Both the position numbers and the translations under genes were made by a program. Positions 41,127-52,542 of a stretch of DNA of 64,000 nt are shown one piece after another; position 1 is the stretch's first letter; each line of letters begins with the position of its first letter. The notes beneath the pieces were generated by a model that saw only the letters and a list, made by a program, of their open reading frames with translations, did no database searches and had not been told where the DNA came from. The DNA is from Podarcis tiliguerta (taxonomy: Eukaryota), in NCBI GenBank assembly GCA_965153285.1, contig OZ229121.1; one strand, 5' to 3'.

Positions 41127-41156
41127 CTGCAAACTCTGTAGCCATCCAGGAAAAAG
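41127..41156 (-). CDS. MPP7: Putative MPP7 alternative 30-nt exon or alternative donor ((A/S)FSWMATEFA)
   Basis: ctctctttctttctcag|CT...CAG|gtaatg, phase 1-1, no stop; only 39 nt from the 42-nt exon. Confidence 0.4.
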
Positions 41157-41195
41157 CTGAGAAAGAAAGAGAGTCTTTTGTAAGCAACTGCTCAC

Positions 41196-41237
41196 CTATG
41201 TGGGCTCCACTGTTGTGACCAGCACATTCAGCTTCCT
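41196..41237 (-). CDS. MPP7: MPP7 alternative HOOK microexon, 42 nt (EEAECAGHNSGAHI-A)
   Basis: cttcatccag|AG...ATAG|gtgagc, phase 1-1; parallels MPP3 ETCDCEGYLKGHYVA immediately before G(L/F)RRS. Confidence 0.8.
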   Translation of the reverse strand, partial: RKLNVLVTTVEPT

Positions 41238-41731
41238 CTGGATGAAGTGTAAAAGCGTACAGAACAAAAGCCAAGAAATAAAGCAGAATAGTTAGATGCC
41301 CAGCCATGAATGCAAAAGAAGAGTTACTTAAAAATGACAACTGCAGAAAGCACAGCATAAAAAGCCTTCAATATGCTACTGCTTAAAAATAAATCACTGT
41401 GTTGTTCTGAAGTTGAGCAAGAGATTTTGGAGTACAGCAACATGCATATTTAACTTTTCACTGTTTTATTGCCTTATTCATGACAGAAAATAAAGAAGTG
41501 ATTTTAAAAGGTGTTCTACTTTATATTTTAATGTAGGATAAAAAATACAACAGCTGAAACACAAAGGTAAAGAAATCTACAAAGAATATCAGGAGTTTTT
41601 CTATTTGGCTCAATGGATCAGACAGAAAGGGTATTTTTAATGAATATAACTTCTTAGGTATAAAATAGTATTGGTGCCTATTTAATATACCAAATGTCTA
41701 ACAAAATACTTTACAGCTTTTGGGTATATAC

Positions 41732-41732
<1 letters not shown>

Positions 41733-41771
<39 letters not shown>
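41733..41771. repeat. (GATA)n microsatellite
   Basis: Seen directly. Confidence 0.95.
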
Positions 41772-42493
41772 GGTAGATAACCTATCTAAAGAAATCAATG
41801 AGCTACAACTGTTTAAATGTATGCTGCAAGTAAAAAGTCCCCTAAAGATTGACACAGCAGTAAAGCATCTGTCAAGCTGTGTTCCAATATTGCACCCCTA
41901 ATGACTGGAAAAGATCCACTTTATTCAGTGTCAAAGTTTGAATTTAAGAAAGATAATCTATTAGAGCCATGCAATAGGACTGACATCATCTTTAGCTCCA
42001 TGGAAATGTCTTGTGTTAACATATCTGCTTTGTTCAGTTATGTTACTTTGCTAACATTCAGAGGTTTTAGCACACATTCACTCCTGTTCTGCATACTTGA
42101 CCCATGTGCAGAAACAGGCAGATCTGTTGTGTTGGGCCCCCAAAATGCCTGCTATGTGAGGAGAAGGAAAAATACAAAAGAAGAAACCACATCTGACAAT
42201 GGGATAACACATGTGGATCCCTGTGCCTTACCCCACAGGAATCTTCATGCACACATGCCAGTACTGTGCTGTAGGAACTACGTGCAGAAAGCAACAGGTT
42301 CACAGTCTTCTGCTACCACGATTCTCAGGACTGGAACAACAATTCCAGCAACAACAAAGCAACTGGCTGCTATGACTACATATACTGCTATCTATACGGA
42401 TTATTTTCTAATTGCCTCTAAGTCAGTGATGACCTAGAATACTTAGTTTTTAAGCCATCACTTGCAGCCCAGCAGGGAAACTTGTACATGTAC

Positions 42494-42505
42494 CTTTAAT
42501 TTCCT
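42494..42505 (-). CDS. MPP7: MPP7 alternative HOOK microexon, 12 nt (EEIK)
   Basis: tttttcccccttttgcgcttctcag|AGGAAATTAAAG|gtacat, phase 1-1; parallels MPP4 EELS. Confidence 0.7.
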
Positions 42506-42601
42506 CTGAGAAGCGCAAAAGGGGGAAAAATAGGATGCAAAGTGATTACATGGACTGAAGACATAATGGAAGAATAAAAGGGGGGGGGGTAAAACACCTA
42601 C

Positions 42602-42622
42602 CACACTCAACTGTTTCCTCAG
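42602..42622 (-). CDS. MPP7: MPP7 alternative HOOK microexon, 21 nt (SEETVEC)
   Basis: gtcttttggctgttctaag|CTGAGGAAACAGTTGAGTGTG|gtaggt, phase 1-1; parallels MPP4 DEETFES. Confidence 0.78.
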
Positions 42623-43066
42623 CTTAGAACAGCCAAAAGACAAGCAGACATGATTTACATTATATTCAGCACATAATAAAATGGGAAAAACAGAGCTGAG
42701 TGATATAAAGAACAGGTTAAGAGCATATTTTGCAGAAGTATGATGCACGGCACGTTCAACATTTTGCTGCAAAAGCCTGTACCCCAATTTCTTTTATGGG
42801 AGTAGGAAATGACAAAACCTCACTTTCAAAATGTGTAAGGTTTTTTGGTGTGTATGCAAAGGCTATATTCCCCTAACACTGTTTAAGAGACAGAAAGGTT
42901 TGCACCAGCCCTGGGATGAAAAAACAACACATTAACTAGTCATGTTCTGCTTAGCATCATAAGTAAGTCACTGGGTTTTCAATTGTAATTTTGAAATGGT
43001 TACACTCTTAAGTCGAAGTTAAGTTGTCTACAGGTTGTTGCTTTCATCCAGAGACTTCCTCTAGCC

Positions 43067-43262
43067 CAGAGCTTTCTAAACTTTTCATATTGGTGACACT
43101 CTTTTTAGACATGCATCATTTTGTGACGTAGTAATTCAGTTTTACTAGCAAACCAGAGGTTAAACTAACCCCCTATAAGAGCACAGGGAGTGTTTGTGTG
43201 ACACACCTACACACTGCAGCTTACACACTAATGTGTCGTGGCACACGGTTTGGAAAGCTCTG
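43067..43262. mobile_element. hAT-type MITE, directly followed by a second short MITE to ~43410
   Basis: TIR cagagctttctaaac / gtttggaaagctctg. Confidence 0.75.
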
Positions 43263-45498
43263 TCTGAGCCCGGAATGAGGGAACCTGAGGTTCTCCAGAT
43301 GTTGCTGGACTCTGATTCCCATCAGCCCTAGCCAGCATGGCTAATGGTCATGAAGAATGGGAGCTGTAGTTCAGTGACATATGGGGGCGACAGGCTCCCC
43401 ACCCCTGCCCTAGTTTATTAGACACATCCCAAAGACAACTTACAATGCAGTAGAACAAACTTTCTTTGGGCTCATTTCTCTGCCTGCTTGCCCATCAAAG
43501 TCTCCCCTCCCACCAAAGACACTTCTGCTAGTACCACTTTTATTGCTCCTTGATCAAGCATCATTACTTTACTGATGAAATGTCATACTATGGTACAGAT
43601 ATCAGGGCACAACACACATGCATATCAGTTTTAAAGGGCACATGCATGTAGTTATTCAGATTCTTGTCCCTTTACAATACAAGGAAGTCACAATCACAAA
43701 GGAAGGACAGGACACCTACTTGAATGCGTTCTTAAGAGGCAAAGGACTAATAATAGTTCTTTACAAATGATACAATGTATTATGAGAGACTTGCTCTTAC
43801 AGAGCAATACCATTATCTTCTCAGCCAAGAAAGCCCAAGATCTGCCAAATCCACACACTTTGGATTGCGCTGTTAAGAAAGAATTAAATTATAAGAACTT
43901 GAACTTGATAAGCCCCTGCTAAATTTGTCATAGCCCGCCTTCTTTGAACCCAGGAAGAGCTTAGTTGCTTAGCTGAGAAAGAAATGAAGAAGAGGACAAA
44001 TGCTTACTGGGGAAGAAAAGCCTCCTTCAGAATTTATTTTTTCAATGAGGATAAATTTTCCCACCTGAACTGTTAAGGGTGTTGCATTTATGAAGTGAGC
44101 AGTGTGTGAGATCTGTTAACACAAAACTTGGCCAGATCATTACCATGAAAGCCCCTTGCATTCACAAGGAGAGACAAGATTTCCACTGGCATGCTTGGAC
44201 CCCTTTGGAGGCTACATCAACAGGAAAGCTTCCTGCATGGAGCACAATCCATGAAGTTGCATAATTATTAGTCACTGATGCGGGTACCTGCTACTTTGAT
44301 GTGAACCAAAGTATCCAACATTTCAGTTCCATAACGTAGCCTACTTATATTTGGCATGAATTATAAATACTGTTAGCCATCTCAGTTCTTAGATATCAAG
44401 CCCTTATACAGCTAAAACAGCACAAAATGGAGATTGGGGGGGGGGCATTATGGAAGGAAATAGCCAAGAAACTACAAAACAGCACACTGAAGACTGAGCA
44501 TGCTCAATGAGCAATATTATGTTAATGAATATTCAGTCACTTTCTATTGAAAATCTCAAAGCAACTTGACAAGATTAAAATAAACAGTAGATTTTAAAAC
44601 AATATACAATACAAAATTACTAAAATGTGACTGAAACAAAATCTTGGCTGACTGGGGGTGGAGGAAAAAAGGCTGTGTACATGTGTGTACTGAACAGGAG
44701 CATGCCACACTACAAATGATAATAATTGTGGTTCCACTTTCTTATATATTTTTCTAAGATGGAAAGGCAAGTTTGGTTAGAATGGATAAAGAAAAAATTA
44801 AGCACGCAAAAGAAATATGGTTGTAAGATGCACAGAAAGGAAACTGACAAAAGAACTGGGCTGAAGAAGTAACACAAATTAATTGAAAGTAAATTGGAAC
44901 ACAACTGATGATTGATCTCAAGGATCTGTTTCATTATCAGTTGAACATGCAACTGCTTTGCGACAAGGTTCTAAATGTTTGCCATTTGCTATGCACAACA
45001 GATGCATAACTCTATCCAGTATATTTGGGGGAAAGCAGGAGTCATTCAGTTCAGTCACTTGCCTGCATCACAATGCACAGCAGCCCCATTTTATAAATGA
45101 GCATCAATTGACAAACTATCATAAGCAGGATCACTAAGATTTTCGTGAACGTATGAAAATCTTAAGGTATAAAATTGAATTTCCAAGCTATACCGAAAAT
45201 ATTTAACAAAATTTGTACGTAAAAAGATTTGCGTGAGAAAGTATAAAAACAAAAAATGCTAATGTATTTTTTTAAGTGGATAACTTTTAGGCAAAAATAC
45301 TGAAATTCATCAAATGCACTCTTTGGTTTGATGAGACAGCAAACTGCAAAGATGAAGCCTGTGTTAATGCCGTCACCACAGCAGCAAGTGACCCAAGACA
45401 AGATGACACTGACTTTATATAATTTAGGACTGCAAATAGTCATAAAAAGTGAGGTCAAAGTCTGCTGTCCTTGCAATAGTAGAGAATATTAGAGGAAG

Positions 45499-45863
45499 TA
45501 AAGGTAAAGGTAAAGGTACCCCTGCCCGTACGGGCCAGTCTTGACAGACTCTAGGGTTGTGCGCCCATCTCACTTAAGAGGCCGGGGGCCAGCGCTGTCC
45601 GAAGACACTTCCAGGTCACGTGGCCAGCGTGACATCGCTGCTCTGGCGAGCCAGAGCCGCACACGGAAACGCCATTTACCTTCCCGCTAGTAAGCGGTCC
45701 CTATTTATCTACTTGCACCCAGGGGTGCTTTCGAACTGCTAGGTTGGCAGGCGCTGGGACCGAACAGCGGGAGCGCACCCCGCCGCGGGGATTCGAACCG
45801 CCGACCTTTCGATCGGCAAGCCCTAGGCACTGAGGCTTTAACCCACAGCGCCACCCGCGTCCC
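45499..45863 (-). mobile_element. Full-length young Sauria SINE
   Basis: 5' GGGACGCGGGTGGCGCTGTGG (A box), GGTTCGAATCCC (B box), 3' (ACCTTT)n tail, perfect 10-bp TSD TTAGAGGAAG (45489-98 / 45865-74), CpGs intact. Confidence 0.95.
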
Positions 45864-47464
45864 TTTAGAGGAAGACTCCTCACTAAATGTCAGGAAGAAT
45901 ACTAGGTTTGAAAGAAGAGTGAAGATGTGTTTGGCTTGCTGACAAAACAGATAGTGTTATAAGGAGTTACAGTGTAGAATTTGACAAAATGAGTTTTGCT
46001 TTCAGTATTTGGGCGCCACATAAAAATTTGAATTGTGCACAATTAATTCTCAAAATTATAAAATAGGTTGCATCTTGCTTGAATGCACACCATACTAAAT
46101 CACATGATATTGATATTGAACTATATAAATATATTTGACAGTGATTAAATATTTCTTCTCTCACACTTAGTGAAAATTTTAAAAAGTATATAATTCAGTT
46201 TATATTTAATATCAAAATTACTATTTTATTTTGGTTACACACTTAACCAGGTCTTTCAGAGATTAACCACCCCGTCCATTACACAATGCTAATTATGGAT
46301 TAACAATATTAAATTATTATTAGTCATATGAATGAGAACACATGTGATACAGCTTAAATATAAAAGCAAACTACCATGGTAAAAATCATGGTTCTGTTGG
46401 ATAGAAGGTGTTTTGGCCAGTATTAGTCTAACTGATTTTAATTACTGATGGTTCATGCTCTCTTTTGAAGACATATTACATCAAATGAATGATAAGTTTA
46501 AGGACACGTGCATAAGTTACACCATATAACAAATGTCACCAATTTCATGCAAATGTAGTCCAGTGCTATCCTATGTCAGAAATAGAGCTAGTTCACAAAT
46601 ATAAATGACTGCTTCTCCATGCTCCTGACCTGCAACACACACACATAATTCCATGCAACCATTTTATATTAATTTTCCAAAACCTCACAGAAAGTGGCTC
46701 ATTAGCTTGCTGTCCAACTTCAAGTACACCAATAAAATGATTTGGTTTAGAGTAATGTTACTGTCTTTGTTCTATAGAAGAATGAACTACTGTGTTTTTT
46801 TAAAAACTAGAACTCTGAAACCTTCAAACATGCTATTTTTAGTCCATGATGAGAGATACTGTGCTTTCACATCATTTGCTTTTGATATAATTCTAATTAG
46901 GCACACAGAAAAAGTACTTGCTAGAATATTCTTGCTACATTTTAAAACATATGCCTTATATATGCCACTTCTTAGAAGTCCAATTCAGTTCTAATAAGAA
47001 AAGCAGACAGAAAATTTGATAAGCATATGAGTGGTAATAGATCATATATCAGCCTGATATTTATTGATATGTTCTAAAAACATACTCCAAAGCAGCTTCA
47101 CACAACCTCCAGATATTGTTGGACTATGCTTCAAAAGTAGATGGTTGAGCCTGAAAAAAAGCACTGGCTTCACATGTGTCCCCTTTGTGTACTATTTAAA
47201 TACCCAGTGAGTCATTAAGAATGCCCTTCCAATAATTAGAGATTGGCATATTTATTATTTTATTCACTGTAGGGAATAGGTTTTGCATAAGTATTGATGT
47301 CGGAAGCGGGGGTAAGCCATTTTCTTTAACGAAAATCCCATTTCTACAGCATCACAGGTTTGGGCCTGCTGATATATCTGAAGATACCAGTGCCATATCT
47401 TAAAAAGAGCTGATACAAGCCATATTTGTGTGAACAAAGGAGTATGATTTTTAAACAGACTTAC

Positions 47465-47529
47465 ATGATTTTCTATTGGAAACTTTCAAGGGCTGAACCT
47501 GTACATCTGATCTTCTTAGTGCAAGCCTC
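47465..47529 (-). CDS. MPP7: MPP7 exon, HOOK start (RLALRRSDVQVQPLKVSNRKS)
   Basis: atag|G ... T|gtaagt, 65 nt, phase 2-1. Confidence 0.96.
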
Positions 47530-48028
47530 CTATAAAATGATTTGGGGGAAGGGGGAAGGGAAGAGAAGCAAAACTCTTTATAATTTTCATAGCTATTTTG
47601 AGATTAACACTCCATATCAGTCTTTTCCAAAGTATCCTGATTTTTAGAAGACATATTCCTAAACAATACAGTCTACTCACAAGTCTATGAAATTAAATCC
47701 TAGAAGGGTTTTTTATGTTCTCCAAACACAGCTGCAGTTGTTATTCATGCATAGTACATCAATAAAGATACCAAAGTACTATTTTCCATATGTTTTTCCT
47801 TTCCAAGGTGGATCACAAATATTCTATACGGTTTTGTCATTATTAATGTGAATAGACAAATAAAGAAAACCAAACTACTTGGACAACAACTTACAAAGTT
47901 CAGACATTTTACCATAGGACAAAACTTGAAGGTTTATTGACCTTATAATCCATAAGTGCAGGCATAACAATTATATCAAAGATATACTGATCACATTTTA
48001 AGTATCAGAGAAATCAGAAACTGCTCAC

Positions 48029-48225
48029 CTTTCTTGGAAATGCTTTGAAGGAATTAAGCCTGCCCTGGGATTGGCATTACCTTCAAGCTTGGCTTGCCAC
48101 CAAGTTGCATCATCCTGGCTCATGATCTGAAGAATATCACCTTTTCGGAAAGGAAGTCCAGCTTCTTTACAGGGAATTGCTTTATCCTCACTGGGATCAT
48201 AGTCAAACAGAGCTTTCATGAAGAT
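48029..48225 (-). CDS. MPP7: MPP7 exon, SH3 domain ([11 protein letters not shown]...WWQA...[11 protein letters not shown])
   Basis: ccag|ATC ... AG|gtgagc, 197 nt, phase 0-2. Confidence 0.98.
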
Positions 48226-48414
48226 CTGGAAGAAGGCGGCCTTATTTGTAATTAAATGTCTTATTACAACCCCCAGTCTCCGTTTTTATTGCTTATTGGC
48301 ATACAAACAACATGTGTAAAAATACAATTGTAAAACACATTTACATATGGGTACAAAATATATTTCAGCCAGCAATCTCAGTAAGTCCCTTTTTCTGAGT
48401 AAAGGACCTCTTAC

Positions 48415-48489
48415 CTTTCCTTCTTTAGATGCAGTTTCTTCTTTGATACTGGGTATAATTTTAAATGTAATGGCTCCTTGCGACTGGGA
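48415..48489 (-). CDS. MPP7: MPP7 exon, PDZ end ([13 protein letters not shown]...KEGK)
   Basis: ttag|TCC ... AAG|gtaaga, 75 nt. Confidence 0.97.
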
Positions 48490-48979
48490 CTAAAAGGATG
48501 TGAAAAACAAATTATTAAAGCATTCAGTACAAGTTAAAGAAAAACAATAAGGAAGGTAGAGCTAATGTAACTTGTAGTGCTAGTTAACTTGATGTGATTA
48601 ACCTCTTAGTACCTCTTTATAATAGGCTGTGCTACGATATTCTCTTCTGTCCTAAAAAACAGACAAGTTCTGATAATTTATACAAAAGTTTGTTAAGAGT
48701 GTTTACAATCAAGTGGTGTATAAATTGTTATGGATTTTAAAAAACAAAACCATAAAATAAAGAAGTAAATAGCCTCTCTTGTTCTATCAAAGAGTTAATG
48801 AACCAAGAAATAAAGGATATAAAAATAACCAATAAGGCCAAGTCAGGCAGGAGGAAAAAACTGAGGACTGTGCCTGCCTCCCAGAGTTCTTTGCTCCTCC
48901 CTCCATCATGCGCCACCATTGTAACGCAACCCATTAAGCTCATCATCAACTGCCTTAAATTATTCCATTTGTAACCTAC

Positions 48980-49065
48980 CAGAATTTGTATAATTTCTTC
49001 TGGTTTTTTATCATCTACAGGAATTCCATTAACTTCCTTAAGTTCATCGCCAACATGAATGAGAC
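48980..49065 (-). CDS. MPP7: MPP7 exon, PDZ ([14 protein letters not shown]...IIQIL)
   Basis: acag|GT ... CTG|gtaggt, 86 nt, phase 1-0. Confidence 0.97.
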
Positions 49066-49658
49066 CTGTGGAGCATATTTATTGAATAACCATTTTAAAG
49101 TTCAATACAATTGTGCATATCTAATGTTGTTTCAAGTCATGGTCATTCCTACTCCGCAAAGCACAACAGATTTCTACTTCTCTTCTACCAAAATGCAATT
49201 TTATAGCAAAGTCTTTCTGTCTCTCTCTCTTTGGGAAGGCAAAAGAGAATTGTGTTTGTAGTTGTTTATTTTAATATTACTATAGTTTTGTTGTAATGTG
49301 ATTGTTTTTAATCTTTCTGCCCAGAGAATCTTTGTTACAGAAGAGAATATAAATGCTTAGTGCACAGAAGTGCTCAACTGTGAAACTGCGATACAGAGAG
49401 GCTGATTTGATACCTTCCTTCTTGCTGAGTTTCTAAATGTATTTCACTAATGAGATAATTTTCAAACTGCTAAATTGCATCCATAATACCAAAATCCTAT
49501 CAGAGATCCTATCACAATAATCTAACATAATATACATGGCAGAAACCACAAAAAGGTTTCTGGATGCAATTACCTACTTTTACCAAGCAATTTAGAATTC
49601 ATTTGAAGCACTAGGCTGGCCATCACATCCCAGCAATCACACTTTTAAACATTCTTAC

Positions 49659-49740
49659 CACTTCTATCTGCAGCACCTCCACGCATTATTCGAGCCACAA
49701 CAACAGCTCCAGTCTGTTCATCCCTTTTAATAGTAGCTCC
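49659..49740 (-). CDS. MPP7: MPP7 exon, PDZ ([27 protein letters not shown])
   Basis: aaag|GGA ... G|gtaaga, 82 nt, phase 0-1. Confidence 0.97.
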
Positions 49741-50599
49741 CTTTAAAAATAAATTGAAACATTATTATGATTTAATGCTGGGCTACACTGAACAGTTTTC
49801 TACCAGCAACCTTTCAGTAACTTGAGGAAGGTAACTATATTTGAGATTCCTGTCTTTACAAATGAAGCTATCAGGACCCCTCTATTCTCTGGGTGTTAAA
49901 AGTATTTGTGAGGTGTTCGAGTACTGAACAATGAAAACCTTAACACTACATATAGAAGACGGCAAGAGGCCAGATTTTGTTTTTGTTTTAAAAGACTACA
50001 TTCAGAGGAGTTTTCCACATCTCCCACATTATCTGTGCTTAAAAGAACATCCCACTTTAGAACACAGTAATTACTATTTGGCCTAAGGCATCTTGGGGAA
50101 TCTTGGATAGTTTCACCAAGCAAAATTAAGTGACCTGAAAACCATTCTACATTTCAGTACTGCTTTGGAAAACACATGGTGAAGGATTCAGTGTTTTTAA
50201 AAAGTGGAATATTTCTTACATTACGGTAACTGTTTTTACAATTATAAAACAGGTACAAGACAAGTGCAGCAGCATGAACAAAGACATATGTAGGAGATGG
50301 CTGGTGTGGAAGCCTACAGGAATGAGTTACTACTTTCATTCACACTACAAATTACCACCACCAAGCTTTCCCTGCAGTGATTTGTGGCAACAGAGATGGG
50401 TTGAAATGGAAACTGAACTTTGAAATCTAAATCTGATCAGATCTTCTATCAGCCCAGAGAGCCAGTAAGCCAGGGGTGGGGGATATCAGGTTCAGAGACC
50501 CAATGCAGCCCTCCAGGCCTCCCTATATATCCTTCTGAACTCTTCCCAGGTCACACCTCTCTCCCCAGACCATATACCTAACCAGCCTTGCTGAAGTGC

Positions 50600-51270
50600 T
50601 TTCCCCTAGCTGCTGGAATATATCTCTGAACTGCAATAATTTCTACTGCCTGGTGGTCATTCTTCCTCTGGTCACTGCTGTGCATACACAACCTGACTGC
50701 CTGTCTCCAGGCACTGCAGTTGTCTGCAAGGGATTCCCACACAAAATTGCCAGCCTTCATGTCACATTTGCAGACATCTTTATATGGCAGAGCTGATTTG
50801 CCAATGGACCTGGTGCCTGAAGCCAGCTCCCCATAAAGCACATCCTTGGGAGCCTGCCATCTTCCATTCTGTGGTCATGACCAAGCCAGGGTTGATATCA
50901 CTGAGAGAGAAGTGTGAACATAATGGGAATTGGGGCCTGGAAGAGTACATCTTTGTTTGAGATTCTTTCCTGCCATGTGATGTCCAAAATCATTCTGATG
51001 CAGCGTATTTGGAAAGTGTGGAGGCATCGCTCCTGGAAGGGTATAAGTTGACCACAACTCACTTCGATAAAGCAGCATGTAAGCATGGTCAATCTTAATC
51101 TTGGTATTAGCCATTGCATTACATTTTCCCATACCCTTCTGGAGAGGCAAGCCAATGCCGTAGCTGCCTTACCAATATGTCTGTTCAGCTCAGTGTCAAT
51201 GAAAAGGTTGCTGGTCATAATGGAGCACAAATTTTGTGCACCACTCATATTTATTAGCACCTCATCAATT
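50600..51270 (-). mobile_element. RTE-clade LINE fragment (frameshifted RT C-terminus)
   Basis: Overlapping ORF pieces ELNRHIGKAA, RCIRMILDITWQERISN and LYGELASGTR are typical of RTE ORF C-termini. Confidence 0.85.
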
Positions 51271-51460
51271 TCCTACATTTCCTACCCCATTCCAAGAGAC
51301 ACTCATAGCCTTTCCTCCAACATGCAGAAATGTTATTTCAAAGTCCCCCTTATTAGTGTATAATTTGTGCACAACTGTGCAATGACACCGGCTCATATTT
51401 TTGAGTGTCAGGTATGATTTTATTGTTATTTGGGTTGTTGTTGTTTTTAAAAAAACTTAC

Positions 51461-51592
51461 CAGTGGTTCTCTATTTTTCACTAGCCTGATTATTTTCACA
51501 GAGTCTTCATCATCATCAATATCATCAGGCATGGGAGGTAGCACTGGGTCGTAGTTCTTTTGGGCAACAGTATCATGCACAGAAAGCAAAGC
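51461..51592 (-). CDS. MPP7: MPP7 exon, L27C end to PDZ start ([12 protein letters not shown]...[13 protein letters not shown])
   Basis: tcag|GCT ... CTG|gtaagt, 132 nt. Confidence 0.98.
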
Positions 51593-52408
51593 CTGAAAAA
51601 AAAATCATATAAAAAAACCCCCAATTCACAATTGGACCTTGATAAAATGGAAGTTTACCACTTATGCAGTCTTGCTATTACTATTGCAGGGCTCACATCT
51701 GACCATTTGTCTGGTGCTACGTTCTTGTCTCAGCCTATGGACAGTACTTTCTTTCTTAACTGGAAGTGTGAACAGTACAGTAGTGAAGTACTTGTCTGCT
51801 TAAGTTACTACTGGAGTAAGCTACACCAATTTGAAAAGAAAGTGGAAGCACACCCTGAAACTGTTTGAACATAGCAAGGAGAGAGCAAAATAATATTTGT
51901 TACATCTTGTCCTTCATTTGGTTTGGAGGACACCTTTTATTAAAGCTGGCAAAACTATAATGCAATTGTAAATTCCTTAGGCATGAATAAAGAGGAAGTT
52001 ATCCCATGCAAGCTGAAGTCTTTAATCTTTTCATTTTCTTTCCATGAACAAAGACTGTGTGTACCTTACAACTTGTCTTTACATCAGAGGATGCTATTGG
52101 AAAATCTTCTACATTTCCAGTAAGATCATATTCACACAGGCAGCTCTGGAAAAGTTATTTTGTTTTAGCTGCAATTCTATGTGTATGATTCATTAATATA
52201 AACATGTTCCATATTTAGAACTTTAAAGGAGGTATGATTCAAATTCCTATACTACCTAAATATAAATATTGATGTTCAACTAAATTCTTAGACATGATCT
52301 AGCTGGAGATGAGTACTTGCCATGTCTAGATGTGGTACAATATTTTTCAGATTAAAGCACTGATCATTTATCATTTCACAATGCATAGTTCTGTAAAGAA
52401 GAATAATG

Positions 52409-52542
52409 CAGTTGGTAGAGCATGAGACTCTTAATCTCATGGTAATAGGTTCAAGCCCCACTTTTGGGCAAAGGATTCCAGCACTGCAGGGGGTTGGAAT
52501 AGAAGACCCTTATTGTCCCTTCCAAACTCTACAATTCTCTGA
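52409..52542 (+). mobile_element. tRNA-Lys-derived SINE with CR1-like tail
   Basis: cagttggtagagcatgagactcttaatctc..ggttcaagcccc + gtcccttccaaactctacaattct. Confidence 0.8.

Noticed and set aside
41901-42437. 178-aa plus-strand ORF antisense to MPP7
   Set aside because: No recognisable domain or coding-like composition; probably a chance ORF
44620-44660. Possible 27-nt in-frame exon (SKILFQSHF)
   Set aside because: Weak donor (TTA|gtaatt), ambiguous acceptor, no similarity to paralogue inserts
52409-52475. tRNA-Lys gene
   Set aside because: Acceptor stem is missing or degenerate and the sequence runs straight into a CR1-like tail, so it is a SINE head
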